A stretch of 64,000 nt of DNA. Origin: Caldivirga sp. UBA161. GTDB taxonomy: Archaea; Thermoproteota; Thermoprotei; Thermoproteales; Thermocladiaceae. Made by a program: the position numbers and the translations under genes. Below the pieces are notes generated by a model. It searched no databases, was not told where the DNA came from, and saw nothing but the letters and a program-made list of their open reading frames with translations. The stretch covers positions 20,927 to 84,926 of the forward strand of contig NZ_DAXS01000068.1 in NCBI RefSeq assembly GCF_002506515.1. Reading direction: 5' to 3'. This document shows positions 21,061 through 31,638 of this stretch, piece by piece (within the stretch, counting starts at the first letter, position 1; every line of letters begins with the position of its first letter).

Positions 21061-22125
21061 ATGAGGAGTAATATAAAGGTATCAATAGCAGGTGTGGGTA
21101 ATTGCGCCTCCGCCTTGGTTCAAGGTGTCCAATACTATAGGTTAACTAATGATGCGACTGGCGTAACCTTCAAGGAGATCAATGGGTACAGTATTAGTGA
21201 TATTAAATTCACTGCGGCCTTTGATGTTGACGCCAGGAAGGTTGGTAAAGATCTGGCTGATGCAATATTCACTCCTCCAAATAATGCCTTAAAGATAATT
21301 GACGTAGATAAGACTGGCGTTATTGTTAAGCCAGGGCCACTACTGGATGGCATAGCCCCTGAGCTTGCCGGGTCGCACATACCTGTGGTTGAGGCTAAGG
21401 TCGATGATGTGGTTAAAGAGCTGGAATCCACGAATTCCGAAATCCTAATCAATTACCTGCCTACAGGTGCTCAGAAGGCGTCAGAGGCCTACGCTGAGGC
21501 TGCATTAAGAGCCGGTGTAGGCTTTGTGAATGCCATGCCTTCTCAAATAGCCACTGCGGAGCAGTGGCAGGCTAAGTTCACTAAGGCTGGCTTACCACTA
21601 CTTGGTGATGATATTCAGAATCAGTTGGGGGCCACTGTGCTTCATAAAACCATAATGCACCTACTATCATTAAGGGGATTAAAAGTAGTGGGTACGTATC
21701 AACTTAACGTTGGTGGAACACCAGACTTCCTTAACTTAAATTATAGGAAGGGGCAGAAGGAGAAGACTAAGACTGCTGCAGTTAAGAAGATGGTTAAGGA
21801 GCAGGACTTCGACGCCTACATAACGCCAGTGGCCCACATTGGCTTCCTGGGTGGTAGGAAGAGGGCTCACATGTTTATTGAGGCGCAGGGTTTTGCCGGT
21901 GTTCCAGTTAAGATTGAAGTTAGCCTTGAGGTTCATGATCCATGGAATAACGCTGGCGTTATGGTTGATGTATTAAGGTTAATGAAGGTGGCCTTAGATA
22001 GAGGCGTTGCTGGCCCGATATATAGTGTTGCCGCTTGGGCTTTTAAGAACCCGCCAGTGCATGCGCCACCTGATGAGGCGTACAATTGGTTAATGGAGTT
22101 CATTGAAGGTAAGAGGGATAATTGA
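21061..22125 (+). CDS. ino1: Myo-inositol-1-phosphate synthase
   Basis: GVGNCAS.LVQG, NYLP.G, GDD...Q.GAT..H, YQLNVGG..DF.NL, K.ALDR..AG, FK.PP. Confidence 0.93.
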   Translation: MRSNIKVSIAGVGNCASALVQGVQYYRLTNDATGVTFKEINGYSISDIKFTAAFDVDARKVGKDLADAIFTPPNNALKIIDVDKTGVIVKPGPLLDGIAPELAGSHIPVVEAKVDDVVKELESTNSEILINYLPTGAQKASEAYAEAALRAGVGFVNAMPSQIATAEQWQAKFTKAGLPLLGDDIQNQLGATVLHKTIMHLLSLRGLKVVGTYQLNVGGTPDFLNLNYRKGQKEKTKTAAVKKMVKEQDFDAYITPVAHIGFLGGRKRAHMFIEAQGFAGVPVKIEVSLEVHDPWNNAGVMVDVLRLMKVALDRGVAGPIYSVAAWAFKNPPVHAPPDEAYNWLMEFIEGKRDN

Positions 22126-22218
22126 ATTACCTATTAAATTAAGGCTCCTTAATATACCCATGATTAAAACCTCATTAATAGGTTAACGCTTAAAAATAAT
22201 CATAAGCATATTCAACCA

Positions 22219-22740
22219 ATGAACAGTATGCATGGTGGTGCCGTGGGGTCAACAATAGTGAATTTCATTAAGGGTAATATTAATGCAGGTAGTGTTATTG
22301 CTGATATTGGGTGTGGAACAGGTAGGTTCACTAGTTTAGTAGCACCCATTGCATCACTGGTTTACTGTGTGGATAGTAATGAGGATGCAATTAGTGAGGC
22401 TAGGAGGAGCATTAAGTCAAGTAATGTAGTTTTCCTAAATGAGAATGCTGATTCATTATCAATACCTGATCATTCCATTGACGTTGTTCTCCTGGCATTC
22501 TCATTCCACGATATGGCTAATAGGGAGGCTGTGGTGAATGAAATTAAGAGGGTAATTAAGCCTGGTGGTAAAGTTATTATTGTTGATTGGGTTAAGGAGA
22601 GGACACCAATGGGGCCTCCTGTGGATATTAGGTTAAGTGAGGAGGATTATATTAAGGCTTTTAAGGAATTTAAGCCCCTTCAAGTTAGTAAGGTGAGCCA
22701 ATACCATTATGGGATTGTGCTTAAGGCCCCTGAAGCTTAA
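22219..22740 (+). CDS. Class I SAM-dependent methyltransferase
   Basis: ADIGCGTG, EIKRVIKPGG, VDW, GPP. Confidence 0.88.
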   Translation: MNSMHGGAVGSTIVNFIKGNINAGSVIADIGCGTGRFTSLVAPIASLVYCVDSNEDAISEARRSIKSSNVVFLNENADSLSIPDHSIDVVLLAFSFHDMANREAVVNEIKRVIKPGGKVIIVDWVKERTPMGPPVDIRLSEEDYIKAFKEFKPLQVSKVSQYHYGIVLKAPEA

Positions 22741-22802
22741 TTATTAATCTTAATTATTAATGTAGAGAAATATTTATTAAACCTTTAAACGCAAAACTCA
22801 TA

Positions 22803-24485
22803 ATGATTACTAATACTACCACGCAAAGCCAAATATTGCTTAGTAATATAAGTAGAATTATTGAATTTAATGCTAGTAAAATAATTGAAAATGTTGAATT
22901 AAGATTTGATCAATATATAAGCGTTATAAACGTGGTGCTGAATAATTCAACATACTACACTCAGTCAAATTCAACAGTCGGCATAGCCACTAAGCCTGTG
23001 CCTAAAGGTTATGTGCCATTCATATTAATTACATACATAATTTATGCAATATTTATAGTGATTGTGCTAGCTCAATTATTAACAATGATGCATTCTGCGT
23101 ACGCTAGGTTAAGGGTAATGAAGAATGCGGGATCATCGATTAGTAATGTAGGCTGGTTACCCCTAGTTTCAGTAATAATACCTGTTAAGGGGGAGGGGAT
23201 TGATGCAATTGAGGATGCCGTTAAGAGGATTATAGGTCTTGACTACCCTAGGGATAAGCTTGAGGTAATAGTGGCCACTGATGATGATGAAGCCACAGCC
23301 AATTTAATTAAGAGTACGGTTGAAAGAATAGGCAGGGTTTATGGATTACGAACATTAGTTAACTGGAGGAGTAAACCAATAGGCTACAAGGGTGGCGCCA
23401 TTAATGAGGCCGCTAAGTTAGCGAGGGGGGATGTTTTACTAATACTTGATGTAGACACAACCCTACCTAGGAATTACTTGAAGGTTGCATTAAACTACCT
23501 TAACGAGGGGTATGATGCTGTTGGGGCACCATTCCTGGGTACGCCTAAGGTACCTAATAGCTTCAGTTGGCCCCTAATGATACTATTTAACATACTTAGT
23601 GAAATTCAGATCGTTGGTAGGGCTCTTTCTAGGTTTAGAAGGGGATTTTACATGATTATAGGTAATAATCTCTTGATTAGGAGGGAATTCTTCAATAGGA
23701 TTAATGGATTATGTTACTGTAAGTCCGATGATATTGATATAGCCTTAAGAATATGGTTAATGGGTGGTAGGATAGGAATAATGAATGAGAGAGTATTAAC
23801 TGAAATACCTAGTACATATAGTGCCTTCAGGTCTCAAACAATAAGATGGGCTACCAATGACATGTGGGCCCTCAAGAGGTACTTCATGGAGATACTTAAG
23901 TCAAGGAACAGGGGCGTTATTGATAAGGTAGATGCCTACCTATGGTTACTTAAGTACCCGTTAGTGTACCTAGGTGTTATTTCAATAGTAACAATGATAA
24001 TAATGCAGGTATTTAACATACTCATACCACCATTACCAATACTGGTACTCTCAATACTTACTGATGTAGTTGGAGTGGCATTACTAATTATGATAATAAT
24101 GGTTGGGAGGAGAATGAATTACGGTTACTGGGACTTATTTAAATCACTTATTGTTGGTGGATTAACAATGTATGCGTTAACATTCCCATTAATGATATAC
24201 TTGGCTAAGGCCTTACTAAGTGACTTACCATGGTTGTATACGCCTAAGGCTTCTAAGGCATTATTAAGGCAAAAGTTCATTATTGAACGTTCATCAATAA
24301 TAGCCTTAATAGTGCTTGGGGTAGTGTTATTTATGATGGGGCATGTGATAGTATCATTATACGTCTTCGCCAATTCATTATTAATACTAATGGGGTACAG
24401 GATTGGTACCATTAATCCAGTAAATAGGTTAGGTCATTCAAATAATGATTACATACTAAGTAATTTAGCCAGTAATCTTAATTAA
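22803..24485 (+). CDS. Membrane-embedded GT2 glycosyltransferase, cellulose-synthase-like
   Basis: VSVIIP, TDDD, YKGGAIN, LDVD, SDD, QTIRW (D,D,D,QxxRW) followed by several TM helices. Confidence 0.85.
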   Translation: MITNTTTQSQILLSNISRIIEFNASKIIENVELRFDQYISVINVVLNNSTYYTQSNSTVGIATKPVPKGYVPFILITYIIYAIFIVIVLAQLLTMMHSAYARLRVMKNAGSSISNVGWLPLVSVIIPVKGEGIDAIEDAVKRIIGLDYPRDKLEVIVATDDDEATANLIKSTVERIGRVYGLRTLVNWRSKPIGYKGGAINEAAKLARGDVLLILDVDTTLPRNYLKVALNYLNEGYDAVGAPFLGTPKVPNSFSWPLMILFNILSEIQIVGRALSRFRRGFYMIIGNNLLIRREFFNRINGLCYCKSDDIDIALRIWLMGGRIGIMNERVLTEIPSTYSAFRSQTIRWATNDMWALKRYFMEILKSRNRGVIDKVDAYLWLLKYPLVYLGVISIVTMIIMQVFNILIPPLPILVLSILTDVVGVALLIMIIMVGRRMNYGYWDLFKSLIVGGLTMYALTFPLMIYLAKALLSDLPWLYTPKASKALLRQKFIIERSSIIALIVLGVVLFMMGHVIVSLYVFANSLLILMGYRIGTINPVNRLGHSNNDYILSNLASNLN

Positions 24486-24542
24486 CCCATTTAGTGAAAA
24501 TACCTTTTCAATGATTAGCGCTTAATCATTTAAGTTATTAAC

Positions 24543-25361
24543 CTAGTAAAGACCTAATTGCCCACTATGCCTAAGCCTTATCGTAGTTATGTTAACTATA
24601 ATCCACGCTAATGCACCTAGCGCTATTATCATGACCAGTGAGTACATTAATTGAATGGAAATCGGCATGTTAATTTCATTAACTCCCAATGCTGATTCCC
24701 TCATTAGAATTACTGGATAAGCTATTGGTGAGTACTTATTAATTACCTTAACGTATCCATTAACCTCCCCTGGTATTAAGCCTCCAAACGTTGGCAGTAT
24801 GAATTGAATAATGTTAGTTATGACCCAATTAGACTTAAGCCTTATCACTAGCATTGAGTAAATCACTGAAATGAATAATAATTCCAGCGTCACTAATACT
24901 AGTGATAATATAAGTAATGAGGGATTAATTAGGCTTACCCCAGTGTTAAATAGTATGGCGAAGCTTCCTACTATTACAACTAGGTCCATTAACTCATAGG
25001 TAATTAATGATAATCCCCAGCCAATGAAGTGAATTAACAAGTCCTCTCCCCCGGCTAATACGTATTCTAAGACTCCATCATAACCCTCATCCATTATACC
25101 GTGGCCAAAAGCCCATAACCATGTTGTGTATAGTGAGAATGTGTATGCAATCCAAAGGAATAATTGAAGATCAATACTGCTTAGTTTAATTACTCCATAA
25201 CCCCTAAGTGTTAGTATGAAGAATGCTAACCAGAGTGGTGTGGATACTATGAATGCTATATTTTCAGCTGGTTTAGAGAACAGTACCCTAACTCCCCTTT
25301 CAAACTCCAGGGCTACTTTACCTAATACCACTCTTAAGTACGCTCCTTTCAATTCTACCAT
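24543..25361 (-). CDS. ABC-2 type transporter permease
   Basis: Six TM helices, GVLEYVL, YSPIAY; third gene of ABC operon. Start uncertain. Confidence 0.78.
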   Translation of the reverse strand: MVELKGAYLRVVLGKVALEFERGVRVLFSKPAENIAFIVSTPLWLAFFILTLRGYGVIKLSSIDLQLFLWIAYTFSLYTTWLWAFGHGIMDEGYDGVLEYVLAGGEDLLIHFIGWGLSLITYELMDLVVIVGSFAILFNTGVSLINPSLLILSLVLVTLELLFISVIYSMLVIRLKSNWVITNIIQFILPTFGGLIPGEVNGYVKVINKYSPIAYPVILMRESALGVNEINMPISIQLMYSLVMIIALGALAWIIVNITTIRLRHSGQLGLY

Positions 25362-26094
25362 AGGTGAACACCCCAAGCATTAGGTAAGCCACCGTTGAGG
25401 CTATTAAGCCGTATAGTAATGCCGAAGCTCCATTACCCATTATTATGCTTATGGTGGTTTGGTAAAGCTGATACATTGGCATAGCCACCACTATTGCGTT
25501 AATCCACTTGGGTAATACATATAATGGGTATGTTGCCCCCGAGAGTACTGTTATTAGCGATGTGACTACATTCATTAATGCATCCACATCCCTAATCCTA
25601 ATTACTACACCTGCTAATGCAAGTCCAATGCCGTAAAGCGGCATTAACCCTATGATTATGATTATCATGGATGGTATTAACCTAATTAATCCGCTTAATC
25701 CAAAGGCGCCGTAAATTATAGGTAATGAAGCTACAACATATGCCCCTACGTTAACAAGCACCATCACCATGGATGTAGCGAAAAGCACCATATACATGCT
25801 CACTGGAGTAGCCATAAGAGCCTCAAGCCTCCCCCCACTCCTCTCCTCATTAAGGAACCTGGCTCCTGTCTGAACCATTATTACAGACACCATTATTACC
25901 TCAAAGCCTATGAATTGCCTAATGAAATCCACACCATTAACCCTAGTGAAGAAGGATGCCATGGCGGCCATACCACCTGCCACTAGGTAAGGCATTATTA
26001 TCAGGATTATTAAGCCTCCGGGCTCCCTTGAAACTATCTTAAACTCGTTAACCATTATTGCCCAAAATAAGCTAAGTTTATCCGTAATCCTCAC
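25318..26094 (-). CDS. ABC-2 type transporter permease
   Basis: EERSGGRLEALMATP, LSGATYPLYVLPKW. Confidence 0.88.
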   Translation of the reverse strand: MRITDKLSLFWAIMVNEFKIVSREPGGLIILIIMPYLVAGGMAAMASFFTRVNGVDFIRQFIGFEVIMVSVIMVQTGARFLNEERSGGRLEALMATPVSMYMVLFATSMVMVLVNVGAYVVASLPIIYGAFGLSGLIRLIPSMIIIIIGLMPLYGIGLALAGVVIRIRDVDALMNVVTSLITVLSGATYPLYVLPKWINAIVVAMPMYQLYQTTISIIMGNGASALLYGLIASTVAYLMLGVFTYGRIERSVLKSGIR

Positions 26095-27002
26095 TTGGAG
26101 ACCACCTTAATGTAGGCCTCCTCCAGGGTTGGTTCATTAACTCTGATCCTACTTATTCTAAGTCCATTATCCTCAGCCTCAAGCATTATCCTCCTAAGCT
26201 CAGCCACGGGATCAGTGGTCTCAACCCTAATTATGCTGCTTCCTGAATCACCACTCACCTCAGCCTCAATAATATACCTTAAACCAAGCTTATCCTTAAT
26301 ATCCCTCGGTGAACCCTCAACCAAAACCTTCCCCTCACTAATTATGCCAACCCTATCACACACCTCCTCAACCTCCCATAAATTATGGCTGGTTAACAAT
26401 ATTGCCCTCCCCTCCTTCTTAAGGCTCTTAATGAGACTCCTAATTGACCTAGCTGACACTGGATCCAGGCCTATTGTTGGTTCATCTAGGAAAACCACGG
26501 GTGGGTCGTGGATTAGGGCCCTGGCTATTGATAACCTAGCCCTCATGCCTAGGCTATACTCCTCATAAGGCCTATTGGCTGCCCAATCAAGGTTAACTAA
26601 CTTAAGTAATTCCTTACCCCTCTCCTCAGCCTTCGCCCTACTTAATCCATATAACCTACCAAAGTACACCAGGTTCTCGAATCCGCTTAACCTTGAGTAG
26701 AATCCCTTATCTGGGTAAAGCACAAGCCCTATAATCCCCCTAACTCTTCCAGCTTCCTTAACTACATCAAAGCCATTAACCCTAGCTAACCCTGAATCCG
26801 GTATTAATAATGTTGATAGAATCTTAACCGTGGTAGTCTTACCGGCGCCGTTGGGGCCTAATAAGCCATACACCTCACCCCACTTAATGCTTAATGATAC
26901 ACCGTTTAACGCATTAACCCTAGCCTTCCTCCTCTTAATTAACCCAACCCTCTCATAGCTTATGAAACTTTTCCTAAGGTCAATGGCCTCAACGGCGCTC
27001 AT
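26091..27002 (-). CDS. ABC transporter ATP-binding protein (DrrA-like exporter)
   Basis: GPNGAGKTT, YSLGM, FLDEPT, SH, EPTLEEAY. Confidence 0.95.
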   Translation of the reverse strand: MSAVEAIDLRKSFISYERVGLIKRRKARVNALNGVSLSIKWGEVYGLLGPNGAGKTTTVKILSTLLIPDSGLARVNGFDVVKEAGRVRGIIGLVLYPDKGFYSRLSGFENLVYFGRLYGLSRAKAEERGKELLKLVNLDWAANRPYEEYSLGMRARLSIARALIHDPPVVFLDEPTIGLDPVSARSIRSLIKSLKKEGRAILLTSHNLWEVEEVCDRVGIISEGKVLVEGSPRDIKDKLGLRYIIEAEVSGDSGSSIIRVETTDPVAELRRIMLEAEDNGLRISRIRVNEPTLEEAYIKVVSK

Positions 27003-27052
27003 TAGCTTTATCCACTGGTTGCTAGGAATTTAAACGTAAGCATAATGCCACT

Positions 27053-27427
27053 TCACTTAGCCTGCTTACCCTGTTCACTAATCAGCTTATTAATCATACT
27101 GAGCGCATTAAGTAGATTAGTTAAGGTTACTGCATAATGATTTACTTCATCAATATCATTGGCCTTAGGTAATTCCCTCGATAATTCCATTATCTTAGAG
27201 AAGACCACATCCCTTACATTGATTAAGCCATACTTAATGTTAACCTCCCTCTCCTCCTCCTCACTCTTAACCACGACAACTTCCCTATCACAATTGGCGC
27301 AATAGTAGTTACCACTCTTAAGTTTAAGCAACGGCGTCCCACATACTGGGCAAGTATACTGAGTTAACACTGCCCCCTGCCTAATTAATTGAGCCATCTT
27401 CTTAGCTACTGAATCCTCCTTAGCCAT
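27053..27427 (-). CDS. UPF0148/autoantigen p27-like Zn-ribbon protein
   Basis: MAQLIRQGAVLT..CPVCGTPL..YYCANC. Confidence 0.85.
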   Translation of the reverse strand: MAKEDSVAKKMAQLIRQGAVLTQYTCPVCGTPLLKLKSGNYYCANCDREVVVVKSEEEEREVNIKYGLINVRDVVFSKIMELSRELPKANDIDEVNHYAVTLTNLLNALSMINKLISEQGKQAK

Positions 27428-27468
27428 AATTAATTCAATCGTAGGGGCTATTTAAAAAACAAACTACG

Positions 27469-29784
27469 TTAGGAACGTAGAACATGTGGTGAAGCCTTAA
27501 TGAAGCGTACCTTAAACTCACCCATTGAGTAGACCTTATCATAAGTAACTGGTATATTCGTTAGCCTACCGTATTTACCTAAATCTATGCTAAATACATT
27601 AGCATCACCGTAAACCTCAACTAAGAGATTATGAAGGGCATCGGCCGTTAAGTTTATTGAATCAACCGCACTATATGCTATCAATGCCCCATCCTTAACG
27701 TAAATTGGTATTCTACTTATTGGTGAATATGCAGTAATAGTTGTTGGGCCTTTAATAATATTCATACTCCAGTAATCGTACCAATTTCCTTCAGGTAGGT
27801 AAACTGATCTCATATCCCCTGAGAATATGGGTGCTATTAGCATGTACTCACCAAACATGTATTCATCCTCGATGTCTCTAACAGCCTCATCGTTGGGGTA
27901 ATCCATTACAAGTGGCCTAACGAACGGCTTACCAGCCCTTAAGCCTTCAATTACTTGAGAGTAAATGTATGGTATTAAGGAGTACTTAAACTTAATGAAT
28001 CCTTTAACTATATTGAAGGCTTCCTCCCCATACCTCCAAGGTTCCCTCTCACTTACCCCATGGAATCTACTATGCGTTAGTAGTAGGCCCATTTGAGCCC
28101 ACCTAATGTAAAGCTCAACAGTGGGTTTACTAGCGTAGCCGCCAATATCCACACTTGAGTACATTATTCCAGAGGTGGCCATTGATAACACGCCCCTAAG
28201 TGATGCAGCCATACCCCTCTCCGTGGAATCAGGATCCCCAGTCCACCTTATTGGGTACTTATGGATACCTAATCCCCCTGACCTACCCCAGACTATTGCC
28301 TCCCCCCTCTCACCCTTTATCGCCTCATAAACAGCCCTATTGTAGAGGACTGGGTATAGGTTATGTATGCATGAGTTAACACCTATTGAGTACTCACCCT
28401 CCTCAGGAGCTCCTTCTCCGTAGTCGGTTTTAATTGCATCAATACCCAGTTTAAGTAGCCTCCTAATCTCCTCAATATATGCGTTACAAGCTTCACTCCT
28501 AGTGAAGTCGACTGCGCCGAAATCATCAGTCAAGTATCTGTATGTGAATAATTCACCACCCTTCCAGGCAGGCATCTCAACCATTGGCCTGCCCCTAACC
28601 TTAACTAGGAATCCCCTATTATTAAACTCATTAAACACCCTACTTCCAACTGGGGTGTATGGGTTAACCCATATACTAACCCTGAAGCCTAATTCATGAA
28701 TCCTCCTAATCATTGATGCTGGGTCAGGGAATCCATCATGCCACTCAAAGGTGCATCCCTGCCCAGTCCAAGGGTACTCTGAGGCTAGTTTAATGTACTT
28801 GTCAGGCCACTTAGACTTAATGTAATCAATCAATGGCCTAAAACTCCACCTACCGTTAACCCTATGATACTCCTCAAGCTCTTTCAAGTCCCCTTCACTG
28901 AGGCCTAGTTCCCTTAGGAACCTTCTAAGCGACTCCTTAACAGGCCTGAGGGTGTATATTGGGTCTATGTGAATTACGTCACCGGGTAACCCACGCCTCC
29001 TAACCTCCTCAGCGAATTTAATAACATCACCCTGAGTCCTATACTCAGAATACATGTACCCAGTATCCCTCCATAAACTATACCAAACACCAAAGGACCA
29101 TAGGGGTGGTATCTCAGGATGCCCGGTGAGTTCCCAGAATGCCTTAATGATTTTACTTGGTTCATTAGATAGAATTAAGTACATAATAACACTACTGGGT
29201 ATTACTAATTCCCCAACCCCAAGGTACCTTGAACCAAAGTCAAGAATAACGCGGCAGTAAGTGTCTATAAGCAGTCCATAACCCTCAGTGGACCAGAAGA
29301 ATGGGTAGGCTACGTAGGTTTTATCATTAGGTAAACCCCCTGGATCAACGACATATACCTCAAGCCTCTGCCCAACTCTATTAAGCCTATTAAACCACTC
29401 ACCAGCCCCATATATCCCCTCACCCGGCTTTATTGAGAATGGTATATGCAATTCATCACCAACTCTACGGAAGTAACCCCAGCCCACTGCAACTTTATTA
29501 CTGAATACCACCTTACTATTCCTCGAAATTGTTAGTGATAATGGATTAGTGTCAACAATTATTGAATATTCATTAATACTAGTACTAATGCTCCTAGGCT
29601 CAACAGCACCACTGGATTCACTTAACTCAATGCTAAGCGTAGTTGTATTTAATGGTAATCGCCTTATTGTTAAATTATAGGTTAATCCACTTATTAAAAC
29701 CCTCGCCATTAAAATAACCTCTGCATCCTTCAAGGTAGATTCATTCTCGATGGCGGAGAAGCTTATGGGCTTGCAGGGATTCAT
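27469..29784 (-). CDS. GH31 alpha-xylosidase-like (YicI-type) glycoside hydrolase
   Basis: IYGAGE, PPLWSFGVW, IKTDYGE nucleophile, WTGD acid/base, DIGGY, HSRFHG, YLPEGNW. Confidence 0.88.
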   Translation of the reverse strand: MNPCKPISFSAIENESTLKDAEVILMARVLISGLTYNLTIRRLPLNTTTLSIELSESSGAVEPRSISTSINEYSIIVDTNPLSLTISRNSKVVFSNKVAVGWGYFRRVGDELHIPFSIKPGEGIYGAGEWFNRLNRVGQRLEVYVVDPGGLPNDKTYVAYPFFWSTEGYGLLIDTYCRVILDFGSRYLGVGELVIPSSVIMYLILSNEPSKIIKAFWELTGHPEIPPLWSFGVWYSLWRDTGYMYSEYRTQGDVIKFAEEVRRRGLPGDVIHIDPIYTLRPVKESLRRFLRELGLSEGDLKELEEYHRVNGRWSFRPLIDYIKSKWPDKYIKLASEYPWTGQGCTFEWHDGFPDPASMIRRIHELGFRVSIWVNPYTPVGSRVFNEFNNRGFLVKVRGRPMVEMPAWKGGELFTYRYLTDDFGAVDFTRSEACNAYIEEIRRLLKLGIDAIKTDYGEGAPEEGEYSIGVNSCIHNLYPVLYNRAVYEAIKGERGEAIVWGRSGGLGIHKYPIRWTGDPDSTERGMAASLRGVLSMATSGIMYSSVDIGGYASKPTVELYIRWAQMGLLLTHSRFHGVSEREPWRYGEEAFNIVKGFIKFKYSLIPYIYSQVIEGLRAGKPFVRPLVMDYPNDEAVRDIEDEYMFGEYMLIAPIFSGDMRSVYLPEGNWYDYWSMNIIKGPTTITAYSPISRIPIYVKDGALIAYSAVDSINLTADALHNLLVEVYGDANVFSIDLGKYGRLTNIPVTYDKVYSMGEFKVRFIKASPHVLRS

Positions 29785-29939
29785 AATTGTACACAATATT
29801 TCATTTACTTTTAAGTATTTACATCATTGATTTCCTGCATTAATACTAAAGTTTAATGAAGCATGATTAAGTTTGATTTAGATAACACTAGAATATTATA
29901 GGTTCTAAGCTTATTAAGGCTACCTGCATGCTGGTAATT

Positions 29940-31598
29940 ATGAGTATGGGTGAGGAAATTTTAATAGTACCGCAGCCTAAGCAGCTGCAATTTAATGGTG
30001 AATGGTTTAGATTCGATGGTTTCAGTAATCTGCCTGACAACATAACCTCTGACTTCAATATACCTAAGGGTTCCTGGGAAATTAAATTAAGTGAGGAGGA
30101 GGGTGATCATTGTTCAATTAATGTTAATAATGGTTCAATAGAAGCCAGGGGGAATAAGTACATTTGCTATGCCACAGTTATTCAATTAACAATGCAGAGG
30201 AGCGGCTTTATACCCAGTGTTGAGGTTTATGAGGAACTTAGCTTTAAGATAAGGGGCTTCCACATGGATATAGCCAGGGGTGGTGTGCCGAATCTTGAGA
30301 CCTTTAAAAACATTATTAAGTGGCTTTTCCTACTTAAGTATAATTACTTCTTCATTTACCTGGAGGACCTTTACCCGTGGAGGAGCTACCCAGATATAGG
30401 TGCTTTAAGGGGTAGGTTAAGTGAGGAGGAGTGGAATACTATAGTTAATTACGGTGAATCATACGGCATTGAGGTTGTGCCATCATTAGAGCTACTGGGC
30501 CACATGGAGAACATACTATCATTACCAAAATACAGTAGGTTTAAGGAACTTTGGTGGGTTCCACGTGATGGTACATTAGATGCAAGCAGTGAGGATGCGA
30601 GGGCATTCGCGTTAAGGTTGCTTCAGGATGTTCTTGAAACCAGTAAATCAAGGTTAATACACGTGGGTGGTGATGAAACATGGTCACTGGGTAGAGGTAG
30701 GAGCCTTGATAAGGTTGGCTTCGTCTTTAAGGGCCCTGAACTGTACTTAACGCATTATAGGGCTATATTAAATATGGTTAAGAAGTATGGTAAAGTACCT
30801 GTGGTTTGGGGTGACATGTTAACCGGAATATATTTACCCAGTGAGGAGAGGACCATATGGGAGGGCGTTATTAATGATAAGATGTGGGATGAGGTGATTA
30901 TAGCTAATTGGAATTATGAACCATTAAATGTGGAGGATTTCCTAAACATGATAGATAAGGTTGGGCACTACAGTAATCAATTGGCATGCCCAGGCTTATC
31001 AAACTGGAACAGGTTCTACCCAGACTTCGAAAGAGCATTAACCAATGTTAAGAACTTTCTAATGGCAGCCAAGGAGAGGAAACTGGGTGGATTCCTAATA
31101 ACTGCATGGGGTGATGATGGTGAGGAATGCCTATTCACATACCTAACACCCCTAATACTGGCTTCAATGGAGATAGCTGAGGGTACGGGTGATTGGGAGG
31201 CTAAGTGGATTAGGTTAAGTAGTGAGGATGAGGGTGTTTTAAAGGCCCGTAAATTATTCGGTAAGGGAATAGTGTCCTCTAATATAAAAAACGTAATATA
31301 CTTGGATAGGTTAAGTACTATGAGTAATGAAGCTAAGGAAATGATTAAGGATGAATGGGGCAAGATACTTAACGAATTAAGGAATGTGAAGCTCCCTGAG
31401 AGTTTAGAATTAATTAGGAGCATGATGGAACTCGGCTTAAGGGTAATTAAGGGTGAGGCAAAGGCTGATGATTACTGGAGCATAATTGATGCTTATGCTA
31501 AACTATGGTTAAGTGAAAGAAAACCAGAGGGCTTATCTAACATATTATCTAGGTTCGGTAAATCAATGCTAATTCTTAAGTATAATTTAAAAGGATAA
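29940..31598 (+). CDS. GH20 beta-N-acetylhexosaminidase (GcnA/HEXD-like)
   Basis: IVPQPK, RGFHMDIAR, LLGHME, IHVGGDE catalytic pair, WGDM, WNY, TAWGD. Confidence 0.88.
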   Translation: MSMGEEILIVPQPKQLQFNGEWFRFDGFSNLPDNITSDFNIPKGSWEIKLSEEEGDHCSINVNNGSIEARGNKYICYATVIQLTMQRSGFIPSVEVYEELSFKIRGFHMDIARGGVPNLETFKNIIKWLFLLKYNYFFIYLEDLYPWRSYPDIGALRGRLSEEEWNTIVNYGESYGIEVVPSLELLGHMENILSLPKYSRFKELWWVPRDGTLDASSEDARAFALRLLQDVLETSKSRLIHVGGDETWSLGRGRSLDKVGFVFKGPELYLTHYRAILNMVKKYGKVPVVWGDMLTGIYLPSEERTIWEGVINDKMWDEVIIANWNYEPLNVEDFLNMIDKVGHYSNQLACPGLSNWNRFYPDFERALTNVKNFLMAAKERKLGGFLITAWGDDGEECLFTYLTPLILASMEIAEGTGDWEAKWIRLSSEDEGVLKARKLFGKGIVSSNIKNVIYLDRLSTMSNEAKEMIKDEWGKILNELRNVKLPESLELIRSMMELGLRVIKGEAKADDYWSIIDAYAKLWLSERKPEGLSNILSRFGKSMLILKYNLKG

Positions 31599-31638
31599 TA
31601 GTAGCAATGCTTAAATAGAGGTTCAAGCATAATGTATT

